Assembly (NCBI GenBank): GCA_965223795.1
Contig: CBDCXL010000002.1
Span: forward strand, 2,656,001-2,720,000
Source of the DNA: Nitrospinales bacterium
GTDB taxonomy: Bacteria > Nitrospinota > Nitrospinia > Nitrospinales > VA-1
Direction of reading: 5' to 3'
DNA length: 64,000 nucleotides
Shown here piece by piece: positions 18,394 through 27,630 of this stretch. A program made the position numbers and the translations under genes. Each line of letters begins with the position of its first letter. Positions within the stretch are counted from its first letter, which is position 1. The notes under the pieces are model-generated. The model made no database searches and was not told the DNA's origin. It was given only the letters and a program-made list of their open reading frames with translations.

Positions 18394-20922
18394 ATGGTAT
18401 CCGGCGAGCGTTCCTGTCCCAGGCGGGCGGCGGTTTGGTGCTCTTTTTTTCTGGCGGTCGTGTTCTGCGTTCCCGTGCAGGCGGGAGAGCGGTTTTCGGA
18501 AACGGACCTGCAAAACCTGCTGCGCTCCGTTCCGGAAAAGTACAAACGCCAGCCGGGTGCGCCGCCGAAAGTGGGAGAGGCGCTGAAGCAGTTGCATGCC
18601 GATTTTCTTTCATTCCAAAACCGGAAGTCCCAGAGCGGGACGAAACCCTTCCAGGCGCGATCGCCGATGACCCGCCTGTCCAACGGGCACGTCGTCATCG
18701 ACGCCATCGCCAAGGACGATCCCGATGCGCTCAAAGAGGAGCTCGTGGGCCTCGGCCTCAAGAACGCGGCGGTGTTCGGACAGGTCGTGTCCGGACTCCT
18801 GCCGATCGAAGCCATCGAGCGCCTGCCGGAATGCCGGTACCTCAACGTTGCGCGACCCTCACTGGCGGCGACCAATGTCGGCGATGTCACCACCCAGGGG
18901 GATATTGCCCAGCGTTCGAATGTGGCCCGCGCCGGTTTCGGCGTGGACGGCAGCGGCGTGACCGTGGGCGTGCTTTCGGACAGTTTCAACTGCCTGGGCG
19001 GCGCCGCGGCGGACGAAGTGTCCGGTGACCTGCCGCCGCTCGCCGGGATCGCTGTATTGGACGATTCGGCCTGCCCGGCCAGCGACGAGGGCCGCGCCAT
19101 GATGCAGCTGGTGCACGATGTGGCGCCGGGGGCGGATCTTTCCTTCCACACGGCGTTCGGGGGGTTGGCGAATTTCGCCAACGGCATTATCGATCTTGCG
19201 GCCGCGGGAGCGGACATCATCACCGACGATGTGATCTATTTCGCCGAGCCCATGTTCCAGGACGGCATCATCGCCCAGGCGGTGGACATCGTGCGCGGCG
19301 CGGGGGTTGCCTATTTTTCCTCGGCGGGCAACGACGCCCGGCAGAGCTACGAAGACGACTACCGCAGATTCGAATCGACGGGATTGGAATTCCACGATTT
19401 CGATCCCGGCGCCGGGGTGGATGTTTCCCAGAGAATCTTCATTCCCGCCGGCGGCACGCTGCTGCTTTCGTTTCAGTGGGACTCGCCGGCGGCGTCGGCG
19501 GGCGGGCCGGGCTCGCCCAACGATGTGGACATCTTCCTCACAGACGATCCCGCCAACATAATTCTGGCGAGCGCGACCGGCAGCAACACCGGCCTCGATC
19601 CGGTGGAGATCCTGTTTTTCCAGAACACCAGCGGCGTGGGGCAGTTTTACAACCTGATCATCGTGAAATTTTCGGGGCCGAGCCCCGGCAGGGTCAAGTA
19701 CGTGCGTTTCGCCGATTCGATTCCGCTTGAGTTCGACACGCAAAGCTCCACGACCTACGGGCACGCCAACGCCGCCGGCGCCGAAGCGGTGGGCGCCACC
19801 GCCTGGTTCAACACGCCGGCGTTCGGTGTCAACCCGCCGGCGCTCAATTTCTTTTCCTCGCGCGGCGGCACGCCGATCCTGTTCGACATCGCGGGCAACC
19901 GGCTGCCCGCAGCGCAGATCCGCGCCAAGCCCGGCGTCGTCGGGCCTGACGGCGGCGGTACCACGTTTTTCGGCGGCGCGGACATAGATAGCGACGGCTT
20001 TGAGGATTTTTTCGGCACCTCCGCTTCGGTGGCGCACGTCGCCGGGGCGGCGGCGCTTTTGAAGCAGGCGAATCCGGGACTGACGCCGCCGGACATCCTC
20101 GCCGCGCTGCGTGACAGCGCCATCGACATGGACGATCCGGACACGGCTGGCGCCGATGCGGGGTTCGATTTCGCCACCGGGTTCGGATTCGTGCAGGCCG
20201 ATGCGGCGGTTGAGAGAGTTCTGGGCGGCGACTGCGAACTGATGGTGGATACGATGACGCTGGATTTCGGTTCCCGCACGGTCGGCGTGACGGGTTCGCT
20301 GCCTGTGGAACTCAGCAACACGGGCAGCGGCGACTGCGAAATCCTGAGCGTGGCGCTGTCGGGCAGCGGCGATTTCCAGTTGACACCGCCCGCACCAATG
20401 ACGCCGTTCACCATCCCGCCAGGGGAGATGACGACGCTGTCCGTGGACCACACGCCCTCGGATGCGGGCGGCGACGCGGGCGTGCTGACGCTCACCAGCA
20501 ACGATCCGGACGACGGCACGATCGAGGTCGTTCTTCTGGGCTTGGGAGTGGCGGCGCTGGATGAAAACGCCGATCTCAAGGTGCGCAATTTCGCCAACCG
20601 GCGGCGGGTTCCGGTGGGTTCGCCGCTGATCTACACGATCAAGGTGAAAAATCGCGGGCCGGGCAACGCCACCGGCATCGTCGTCGAGAACACGCTGCCC
20701 TCAATGGTGGATTTCGTGTCCGCGTCCTCCGGCTGCACACCTTCCGGCGGCACGGTCACCTGCATGCTTTCTTCCCTGATGGACGGCGACAGCATGCGCT
20801 GGAACATCACCGTGCGCCCGACCGAAAAGGGGCGCATCGTCAACCGGGTGAGCGTGGCGGGCAACGAGAACGATCCCAATCTCAGAAACAACCGGGCGAA
20901 AAAATCCACGCGCGTGCGCTGA
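18394..20922 (+). CDS. Secreted S8-like serine peptidase with C-terminal Ig-like and DUF11 domains
   Basis: VGVLSDS, DEGRAMMQLVHDVAPGA, SSAGN and FFGTSASVAHVAG motifs; LSNTG..SNDPD Ig-like domain; DUF11-like YTIKVKNRGP..NNRA. Confidence 0.85.
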   Translation: MVSGERSCPRRAAVWCSFFLAVVFCVPVQAGERFSETDLQNLLRSVPEKYKRQPGAPPKVGEALKQLHADFLSFQNRKSQSGTKPFQARSPMTRLSNGHVVIDAIAKDDPDALKEELVGLGLKNAAVFGQVVSGLLPIEAIERLPECRYLNVARPSLAATNVGDVTTQGDIAQRSNVARAGFGVDGSGVTVGVLSDSFNCLGGAAADEVSGDLPPLAGIAVLDDSACPASDEGRAMMQLVHDVAPGADLSFHTAFGGLANFANGIIDLAAAGADIITDDVIYFAEPMFQDGIIAQAVDIVRGAGVAYFSSAGNDARQSYEDDYRRFESTGLEFHDFDPGAGVDVSQRIFIPAGGTLLLSFQWDSPAASAGGPGSPNDVDIFLTDDPANIILASATGSNTGLDPVEILFFQNTSGVGQFYNLIIVKFSGPSPGRVKYVRFADSIPLEFDTQSSTTYGHANAAGAEAVGATAWFNTPAFGVNPPALNFFSSRGGTPILFDIAGNRLPAAQIRAKPGVVGPDGGGTTFFGGADIDSDGFEDFFGTSASVAHVAGAAALLKQANPGLTPPDILAALRDSAIDMDDPDTAGADAGFDFATGFGFVQADAAVERVLGGDCELMVDTMTLDFGSRTVGVTGSLPVELSNTGSGDCEILSVALSGSGDFQLTPPAPMTPFTIPPGEMTTLSVDHTPSDAGGDAGVLTLTSNDPDDGTIEVVLLGLGVAALDENADLKVRNFANRRRVPVGSPLIYTIKVKNRGPGNATGIVVENTLPSMVDFVSASSGCTPSGGTVTCMLSSLMDGDSMRWNITVRPTEKGRIVNRVSVAGNENDPNLRNNRAKKSTRVR

Positions 20923-20926
20923 AGCG

Positions 20927-22090
20927 CTATTCGCGCATCCTGGCTTTTTTGAGCGCGTCGAGCGGATAAAACGTTTCCCGCCAGGTGACGCCGCCGCGTT
21001 TCAAGGCGAGGATCGTCGAGCGCCACAGGGTCCAGAGATGCACTGCCACGAAAAAGGGCAAGGGCAGGCTGATGAGCCAGCCGCGCTGGTTCTGCACCAT
21101 CACCTGGCCGTGAATCGCGTGCAGCAGTAAGACCGTGGCCGCATATCCGAAGATGCGGCCGTCGGGAAACAGAAACAGGCCCGCGTAGGGAAAGAAAAAC
21201 AGCCCCGCCATGAGGGCCGATGAGGTGACCAGAAAGAGCGGCGAATAATTCATTCCCGCGAAGGCGTTTTTCTCCATGCCGCGCACCAGCCCGCGCAATC
21301 CTCCCTGCTGCCACTTGACCCGCACCAGGTCGTCGGCCATCAGCACGTCCTGCGCGTATCCCGCCGACTTCACCGCTTTCCCCAGCTCGATGTCGTCCAC
21401 GACTTCCAGGCGCAGGGACAGGTAGCCGCCGATCGCATCGTAGACGCTGCGGCGCAGCAGGTTGAAGGCGCCGATGCCTAAATGCTCCTTGCGCTTTGGG
21501 TTTCGCACCAGCCAGGGCTTGTAATAATACAGGAACATCCAGCCGATCATGCCGAGGTAGCCGTTTTCCCAGAACCCGCCCGGAATCTGTCTGGGAAACA
21601 GGGAGAGATGATCCCGGTTTTCCTTTTGCATGAAGGCGACGGCGCGGGCGAGCGCCGGCGGTTCGAATTCCACGTCGCCGTCGGTGAACAGCAGAAATTC
21701 CCCGTTCGCCTGCTGCGCGCCGCAGTGCAGGGCGTGGTTTTTGCCGATCCAGTCGGCGGGCAGGGTTTTCACGCGCAGCACCTTGAGGCGCGGGTTCTCT
21801 TTTGCAAGCCGGTTGAGGATGGCTCCGGTCGCGTCCTGCGAACGGTCGTTGACGGCGATGACCTCAAACTTCGGATAATCGAGGGCGAGCAGGGAACGCA
21901 GGCAGGCTTCGATCTTGTCTTCTTCGTCCCGCGCCGCGACGACGACCGACACCGAAGGCGGATTGTCTCCCAGGGGCGGCGCCAGCAGCGACAGCCTGCG
22001 CTGCTTGAAAAACGCAATGAGCGGGGGCAGCGGAGCGAACCAGATGAAAAACAGCGCCCATCCCGCGATGAAGGTCAACCACCAGGCCAT
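20927..22090 (-). CDS. Family 2 glycosyltransferase, membrane-bound
   Basis: VVAARDEE, VNDRSQD, WIGKNHAL, FTDGDV and VVDDIELG motifs. Confidence 0.9.
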   Translation of the reverse strand: MAWWLTFIAGWALFFIWFAPLPPLIAFFKQRRLSLLAPPLGDNPPSVSVVVAARDEEDKIEACLRSLLALDYPKFEVIAVNDRSQDATGAILNRLAKENPRLKVLRVKTLPADWIGKNHALHCGAQQANGEFLLFTDGDVEFEPPALARAVAFMQKENRDHLSLFPRQIPGGFWENGYLGMIGWMFLYYYKPWLVRNPKRKEHLGIGAFNLLRRSVYDAIGGYLSLRLEVVDDIELGKAVKSAGYAQDVLMADDLVRVKWQQGGLRGLVRGMEKNAFAGMNYSPLFLVTSSALMAGLFFFPYAGLFLFPDGRIFGYAATVLLLHAIHGQVMVQNQRGWLISLPLPFFVAVHLWTLWRSTILALKRGGVTWRETFYPLDALKKARMRE

Positions 22091-22355
22091 ATTTTCTCCT
22101 GAATTTTGTTCATTCGAACCTTGCGCGGCAATGACGCGGATATTTTAGAACATAAATAAGGGAATAAATTTTTACTACGAATATATTAAACATTAACATT
22201 CTTTGAAATATTAATGAGGCGGCTTCTGTTGCTCTTTAAATTTTAACGAGAAATTTCAGTTTCTCTTTATCCCGAACCCCCCGGTTTACCGGTTGCTTTT
22301 TTTAAAAAGTATCCACTGTGAAAACCACCACGATCAAGACCAAAAGGAGACGGAT

Positions 22356-24236
22356 ATGGAGAAAAAGACCCCGGTTGTTCCCCCCAAGTTATCTTCCCTG
22401 GAGAAATCCGCCATCGATTCCATCGACCGATCGGGAGGCGATGGTGAACTTTTAGATCAGCTTTCCGGACTGCGGGCCAGCCTGGACAGTCTGGGCACCA
22501 ATGTGTTCATAGCCGATCCCGATTTCAATCTCATCTACATGAACTTCAAGGCCAGGGACACCTTGAAGACCATCGAGGCCGAAGTCTACGAAAATTTTCG
22601 CGTCCGCATCGAGGACCTGCTCGGCGGCTCGATCCACCGGTTTCACACCAATCCGCAGCGCGTGGAGCGGATCCTGAAAGATCCCTCGGCTCTGCCGCAC
22701 CAGGCGACCTTCAGTTTTGGAACGGTGTCTCTGAAAACCAGCATCAATGGAATCCACGGTCCATCCGGAGAGGTGTGGGGTTACATCGTGAACTGGGAGG
22801 AAGTCTCCGAACAATTGAAGCTGGAACGGGAAAATAAGGCCATGATGGAACGGGAACAACAGCAGATGCAGGAAATGAACGCGAAAGTGGATGAGCTGCT
22901 TGCGGTTGTGGACGCCGCTTCCGACGGAGATCTGACCCGCCAGGTCAATGTGGTGGGAGCGGATGTCTGCGGGCGTATGGCGGACGGGTTGTCCGGTCTG
23001 TTGATCGGGCTGCGCAGCCACATATCCATGATCGGAAAGACCGATAAGCGCATCCAGTCGAATTCCCAGACCCTTCTGGGGCTCAGCCAGCAGTTGAGCG
23101 CCGCCGCGGAAGAATCCTCTTCGCAGGCCAACGTCGTCGCGTCGGCGTCGGAAGAGATCAGCACCAGCATACAGACGGTGGCCACGGGTGCGGAAGAGAT
23201 GAGCGCCAGCATCAAGGAGATCGCGATGAATTCTGCGGACGCGGCGAAAATGGCCCACACCGCGGTCGAAATCGCGGGAGAAACCAACAAGACCATCACG
23301 GATCTGGGGGAAAGCAGCAACGAAATCGGCGAGGTGGTCAAGGTCATCACCAACATCGCCAAGCAGACCAACCTGCTGGCTCTCAACGCCACCATCGAGG
23401 CTTCGCGCGCGGGGGATGCGGGAAAGGGTTTCGCGGTGGTCGCCAACGAGGTCAAGGAGCTGGCCAATCAGACCGCAAGCGCCACCAAAGACATCAGCCT
23501 GAAAGTGGACACGATCCAGTCGGCCACGAAGGATTCGGTGCAGGCCATTCACAAGATCAGCGGGGCGATCGAAAAGATCAACGACATCTCCAATTCCATC
23601 GCCAGCGCGGTCGAGGAACAGACCGCGACCACGAACGAAATCGTGCGCAACATCAGCGAGGCGTCTCAGGGGAGCCAGGAAATCTCAGCGAACATCACCG
23701 GTGTCGCCGAAGCCGCGCGGGAGACCTCCAGGGCCGCGCTGGAATCGCAGCAATCCGCGGAGGCGCTGCAAAAAATGGGCGAGGACCTGGGCGAGATCGT
23801 CAGCCGGTTCAAATACCAGGACGACGCCATGACCCTGATGGTGTGGAACGACAATTTCAGCGTTAAGATCGAGGAAATCGACAATCAGCACAAGCGGCTC
23901 ATCGATCTGATCAACGATGTGTATCAGGGCATGATGTCGGATAAGGGCAAGGAAACGATCGGCAAAGCGCTGGAAAGCCTGATCGAATACACGCGCAGCC
24001 ATTTCGGGTATGAAGAGAGGCTGTTCAAACAGCACGGCTATCCGGAAACCCGGGAGCACCTGGACAAGCACGCGAAGCTGGTCGAGCAGGTGATGGATTT
24101 CTACAAAGCGTTCCAGGAAGGGGAGTCCCGGCTCGACAACGATCTGTTGCTCTTCCTCAAAAACTGGCTGACCCACCACATCCTGGGAACGGACAAAAAA
24201 TACTCCGAGTATTTAAACGGCTGCGGCGTGTATTGA
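22356..24236 (+). CDS. Soluble methyl-accepting chemotaxis protein with Aer2-like PAS domain and C-terminal bacteriohemerythrin
   Basis: PAS NVFIAD..IYMN..RFHTNP..VNWEE; MCP core [37 protein letters not shown]; hemerythrin [26 protein letters not shown]; no TM helices. Confidence 0.9.
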   Translation: MEKKTPVVPPKLSSLEKSAIDSIDRSGGDGELLDQLSGLRASLDSLGTNVFIADPDFNLIYMNFKARDTLKTIEAEVYENFRVRIEDLLGGSIHRFHTNPQRVERILKDPSALPHQATFSFGTVSLKTSINGIHGPSGEVWGYIVNWEEVSEQLKLERENKAMMEREQQQMQEMNAKVDELLAVVDAASDGDLTRQVNVVGADVCGRMADGLSGLLIGLRSHISMIGKTDKRIQSNSQTLLGLSQQLSAAAEESSSQANVVASASEEISTSIQTVATGAEEMSASIKEIAMNSADAAKMAHTAVEIAGETNKTITDLGESSNEIGEVVKVITNIAKQTNLLALNATIEASRAGDAGKGFAVVANEVKELANQTASATKDISLKVDTIQSATKDSVQAIHKISGAIEKINDISNSIASAVEEQTATTNEIVRNISEASQGSQEISANITGVAEAARETSRAALESQQSAEALQKMGEDLGEIVSRFKYQDDAMTLMVWNDNFSVKIEEIDNQHKRLIDLINDVYQGMMSDKGKETIGKALESLIEYTRSHFGYEERLFKQHGYPETREHLDKHAKLVEQVMDFYKAFQEGESRLDNDLLLFLKNWLTHHILGTDKKYSEYLNGCGVY

Positions 24237-24268
24237 AACCCGGCTCTGCCTTTTCCCGTCGCAAGGGC

Positions 24269-24835
24269 TCAGCGGAATTCCTCGACGAAGAACCCCCAGT
24301 TTTCCGCGTTCCGCTTCGCCCGGTCGGGCTGGCTGGAGGCGAGCATCTCCGCGGCGAGCGGCTGGTAGGCGAAGTCGTAGGTGTCGAGAAGAAGGTGACT
24401 CGATTCGTGCACGAGCGTCTGGAACTTGCTTTGCACCGGCCGCTTGAAGGGCCGGTAGAGCGGCAGGGTGTTCCATCCCTGGTTGAGCGTGATGCTGAAA
24501 TTGCGGTTCTGGGCCTCGTTCAGGCTTGCATAACGATGAAAATCGCCTCTCGGGGGCCAGGCGGTGGCGTTTTCGTCGCTGTTGCGCTGAGACAGTTTTC
24601 GAAATGAAATGCTGATGGGCGTGGTGTTGATGATGCTCGCCATGCGATTGAGGTCCTGCTGCAAAGCGGATTTCCAGTTTGCGCTGTCGTCACCGAACCA
24701 TTTGAGGCATTCCCCGTCGGCGGTCCCTCTGCGAACCCGGTCCGACGCTTTGCGCAAAGTCTGGATGATTTCAGGCTGCAGCTGCGAGATGGTGCCCCGG
24801 TCGTGTACTCCCAATCCCGTCATCATGAATCCCAT
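24269..24835 (-). CDS. M35/aspzincin-like zinc metallopeptidase
   Basis: TLVHESSH + TYDFAY + NAENW (HExxH+D pattern); GAGGAGG RBS; no signal peptide. Confidence 0.75.
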   Translation of the reverse strand: MGFMMTGLGVHDRGTISQLQPEIIQTLRKASDRVRRGTADGECLKWFGDDSANWKSALQQDLNRMASIINTTPISISFRKLSQRNSDENATAWPPRGDFHRYASLNEAQNRNFSITLNQGWNTLPLYRPFKRPVQSKFQTLVHESSHLLLDTYDFAYQPLAAEMLASSQPDRAKRNAENWGFFVEEFR

Positions 24836-25038
24836 GATTCCCTCCTCGATCGTGAGTGGAAAAGACGCCGCCGCCTGCTGGCAAGGCGCACGCGGCGCGC
24901 GGGTGCGCGGCCGGACCCTCCACTGGGCCAGCCTTTAATAACTTCTTGACTTTAAACGAGAGTTCGCCATATCTATAGCACGCTTCGGAGATGCGAAGCA
25001 AGCGGGAACTGAAAGCCTTAAAGGTTTTTCCGGTTAGT

Positions 25039-27615
25039 TTAGGATTCCGCGGCCGAAGATAATTCGAGCTCATGGGAGTCCGGTTTCTGTGCCCGGATGC
25101 GGTGGTGGTGTCCGTCGGTTTCGATGTGGATGGAGCCGTTGAGGTCGGTGCGGAAAATGACGCTGCCCGCTTTTTCGTAGCGCTTGAGGACTTCGGGGTG
25201 GGGGTGTTTCATCCAGCTCAGGTAACCGCTGGAGAACACGACGGCCTTCGGGTTCACGGCCTGGATGAAGTCTGCGGAATTGGAAAAGCGGCTGCCGTGG
25301 TGCGGGCTTTTCAATAGGGTCGCCTGTATGGGCGCTGCGTTTTCGATCAGCCTGCGCTCGACGCGGCTGCCGATGTCTCCGGTCAGCAGCATGCTGAACT
25401 GTTTGTATTCGAGCCTCAGCACCAGCGAGCGGTCGTTGCCTGCTCTTGGGTTTTCGCTGAACGCCGCCAGGCGTACGGGTTGCGGGTCCGGATGCAGGGG
25501 CAGCAGCGTCACGTCGCCGACGCTGAAGGGCACTCCCGGTGTCAGCGGGATGCGGCGCGCGCCGTTTGCCAGCGCGTCGGCGCGCAGCGCGTCGATGCGG
25601 GCGTCGGGGATGCGCGTGAAGCCGTCGAGAAAGTGGCCGACCGGAAACAGGGTCACCAGCGATTCGAGGCCGCTGATGTGGTCGTTGTCCGAATGGCTGG
25701 GCGCGAGGTAGTCGATGCGGCCGATGCCCCGGCTCCAGAGAAACGGCGCGACGACGCGCCGGCCCACGTCGAGGGCGTTCTTGTAAAACCCGCCGCCGTC
25801 GAGGATCATCGTCTCCCGGTTGGGAAACTCGACGAAGATCGATTCGCCCTGTCCCACATCGAGGATGGAAATCCGCAGCGTGTCCGTCGGCAGCAGATGC
25901 AGGCGCGGCGCAACGAGCCAGAGGATCAGCACCGGCGCCGCGAGGGGCAGGCTGAGACGCAGGATCGTCAAGCGCCGCGGCGGTGCGGCGGTGTTGTCAA
26001 ATACCCAAAGCAACACAACGGCGGTCAACGCGGCGGCGTAGAGCAGAAACCAGAAGTCCGGCGGCGTCGGCACGTGCAGGGAAGCGAAGGGCAGGCGGGC
26101 AAACACCTCCGGCACGAATAGAAATCCTTTGAGCAGCGCGGTCACCGGAAAGGCGAGGAGATGCGCGAGGCCGGGAGCCGCCATGCCGATGAGCACGGTG
26201 GCCAGCGCCAGCGGCACCAAAAGCGAGGCCAGCGGGATCATGAGCAGGTTCAACAGCCAGCCGATCAGGCTCACGCGGTTGAAGTGGACGATGAGGATGG
26301 GCAGCGTGGCGAAGAGCACGGCGAACGAGACGACCGCACCGCAGGCGGTGGTCTTCTGGATCTGAAACAGCAGCCGCCGCCAGAAGGGCAGGTCGTCCGG
26401 CTGGCGCAGGATGCGCTGCCACCACGCGGGTTCGCCCATGCGGTTCACCGGGTCCTGCATGAGCCGGGTCAAAACGTGAAACACGCACAGCACGGCGGCG
26501 GTGGCGGCGAAGGAGAGCTGAAAGCCGGGGTCGAGCACGGCCTTTGCGTCCAGGATCAACAGCGCGAAGGCGGCCAGCAGCAGGGCGTTGAACAGGTTGC
26601 GCTGCCGGTCGATGCAAAACGCGATCAACACGACACACACCATGATCCCGGCGCGCAGGGCGGATACCTTCTGCCCGACCAGGATCAGGTAGAACAGCAC
26701 CGGCCCCAGGCAGAGAAACGCCGCGGCTTTGCGCGCCGTTCCGGATTGAGCCCATTCAGGCCGGTAGCGCAGGCAGGCCCGGAACAGCAGCGGCCAGAAC
26801 AGAACGAATCCGGCGGCGGCGACGAAACCGACGTGCAGACCGGAAACCGCCATCAGGTGCGCCAGTCCCGTGGCGAGGTAGCTTTCGCGGGTGGTCTCGG
26901 AAAGAGAGGATTTGTCGCTCAACAGCAGCGCCTTGAGCAGCGCCGCTTCCTCACCCTGAAACAATTCGCTGAGGGAGGCGAGAAACCGTTCGCGCAGGTG
27001 AATTCTAAAAGCGGCGGCGAAGGGCAGGGGGGCGGCGCCCAATTTCTCGATGGCGCTGGCTTTGGACAGGTTGCCGGTGACGTCGATGTCGTTTGCGCGC
27101 ATGTAGCGCTCGTAATCGAAGCGGCCGGGGTTTTTGAAGTTGCGCGGCCGTTTCAGCCTGAGTTTGTGAACGCGCAGCTTCTCTCCCGCACGGAATGCAG
27201 GGGGCGCTGTATCGTATAGCGTGATCTGCGCCCGCCCGGTGACCGGTGTCCAGTTAACGCCGTACCGGATCTGTTCGAGCTCCACCTGCAGGCGCACCCG
27301 CTCGGCGTTTTTCTGCGGGATGGCGATCACGCGGCCTTCGACGGCGGCCCTTCGGGTTTCATCGAGATGGTATTCGATGTGGCTTGCGGGGCGAAAAAAA
27401 TCAGCCCAATCGGGCGCGAGCAGGCCTGCCGGGACAAGGCAGACGAACGCGATTTTCTTCGCCCAGCCGTTGTTGCGTGAGCGATGAAAGAAAAAACAGG
27501 CTGCGGTCAGCGCGCACACGGTCAGCGCATGCGGGAGAAAAAAACCGGCTGTGGCGGGAAGCGAAGCGAGGACCCCGCCCAGGTAGGCCAGGAAATAGGG
27601 GAGCAAGGGGGCCAT
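25039..27615 (-). CDS. comEC: DNA internalization competence protein ComEC/Rec2
   Basis: OB-fold NPGRFDY; GLAHLMAVSGLHVG; GFQLSF; metallo-beta-lactamase domain LDVGQG, SHSDNDH, PHHGS. Confidence 0.95.
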   Translation of the reverse strand: MAPLLPYFLAYLGGVLASLPATAGFFLPHALTVCALTAACFFFHRSRNNGWAKKIAFVCLVPAGLLAPDWADFFRPASHIEYHLDETRRAAVEGRVIAIPQKNAERVRLQVELEQIRYGVNWTPVTGRAQITLYDTAPPAFRAGEKLRVHKLRLKRPRNFKNPGRFDYERYMRANDIDVTGNLSKASAIEKLGAAPLPFAAAFRIHLRERFLASLSELFQGEEAALLKALLLSDKSSLSETTRESYLATGLAHLMAVSGLHVGFVAAAGFVLFWPLLFRACLRYRPEWAQSGTARKAAAFLCLGPVLFYLILVGQKVSALRAGIMVCVVLIAFCIDRQRNLFNALLLAAFALLILDAKAVLDPGFQLSFAATAAVLCVFHVLTRLMQDPVNRMGEPAWWQRILRQPDDLPFWRRLLFQIQKTTACGAVVSFAVLFATLPILIVHFNRVSLIGWLLNLLMIPLASLLVPLALATVLIGMAAPGLAHLLAFPVTALLKGFLFVPEVFARLPFASLHVPTPPDFWFLLYAAALTAVVLLWVFDNTAAPPRRLTILRLSLPLAAPVLILWLVAPRLHLLPTDTLRISILDVGQGESIFVEFPNRETMILDGGGFYKNALDVGRRVVAPFLWSRGIGRIDYLAPSHSDNDHISGLESLVTLFPVGHFLDGFTRIPDARIDALRADALANGARRIPLTPGVPFSVGDVTLLPLHPDPQPVRLAAFSENPRAGNDRSLVLRLEYKQFSMLLTGDIGSRVERRLIENAAPIQATLLKSPHHGSRFSNSADFIQAVNPKAVVFSSGYLSWMKHPHPEVLKRYEKAGSVIFRTDLNGSIHIETDGHHHRIRAQKPDSHELELSSAAES

Positions 27616-27630
27616 GCGACCCTTTCGGTA

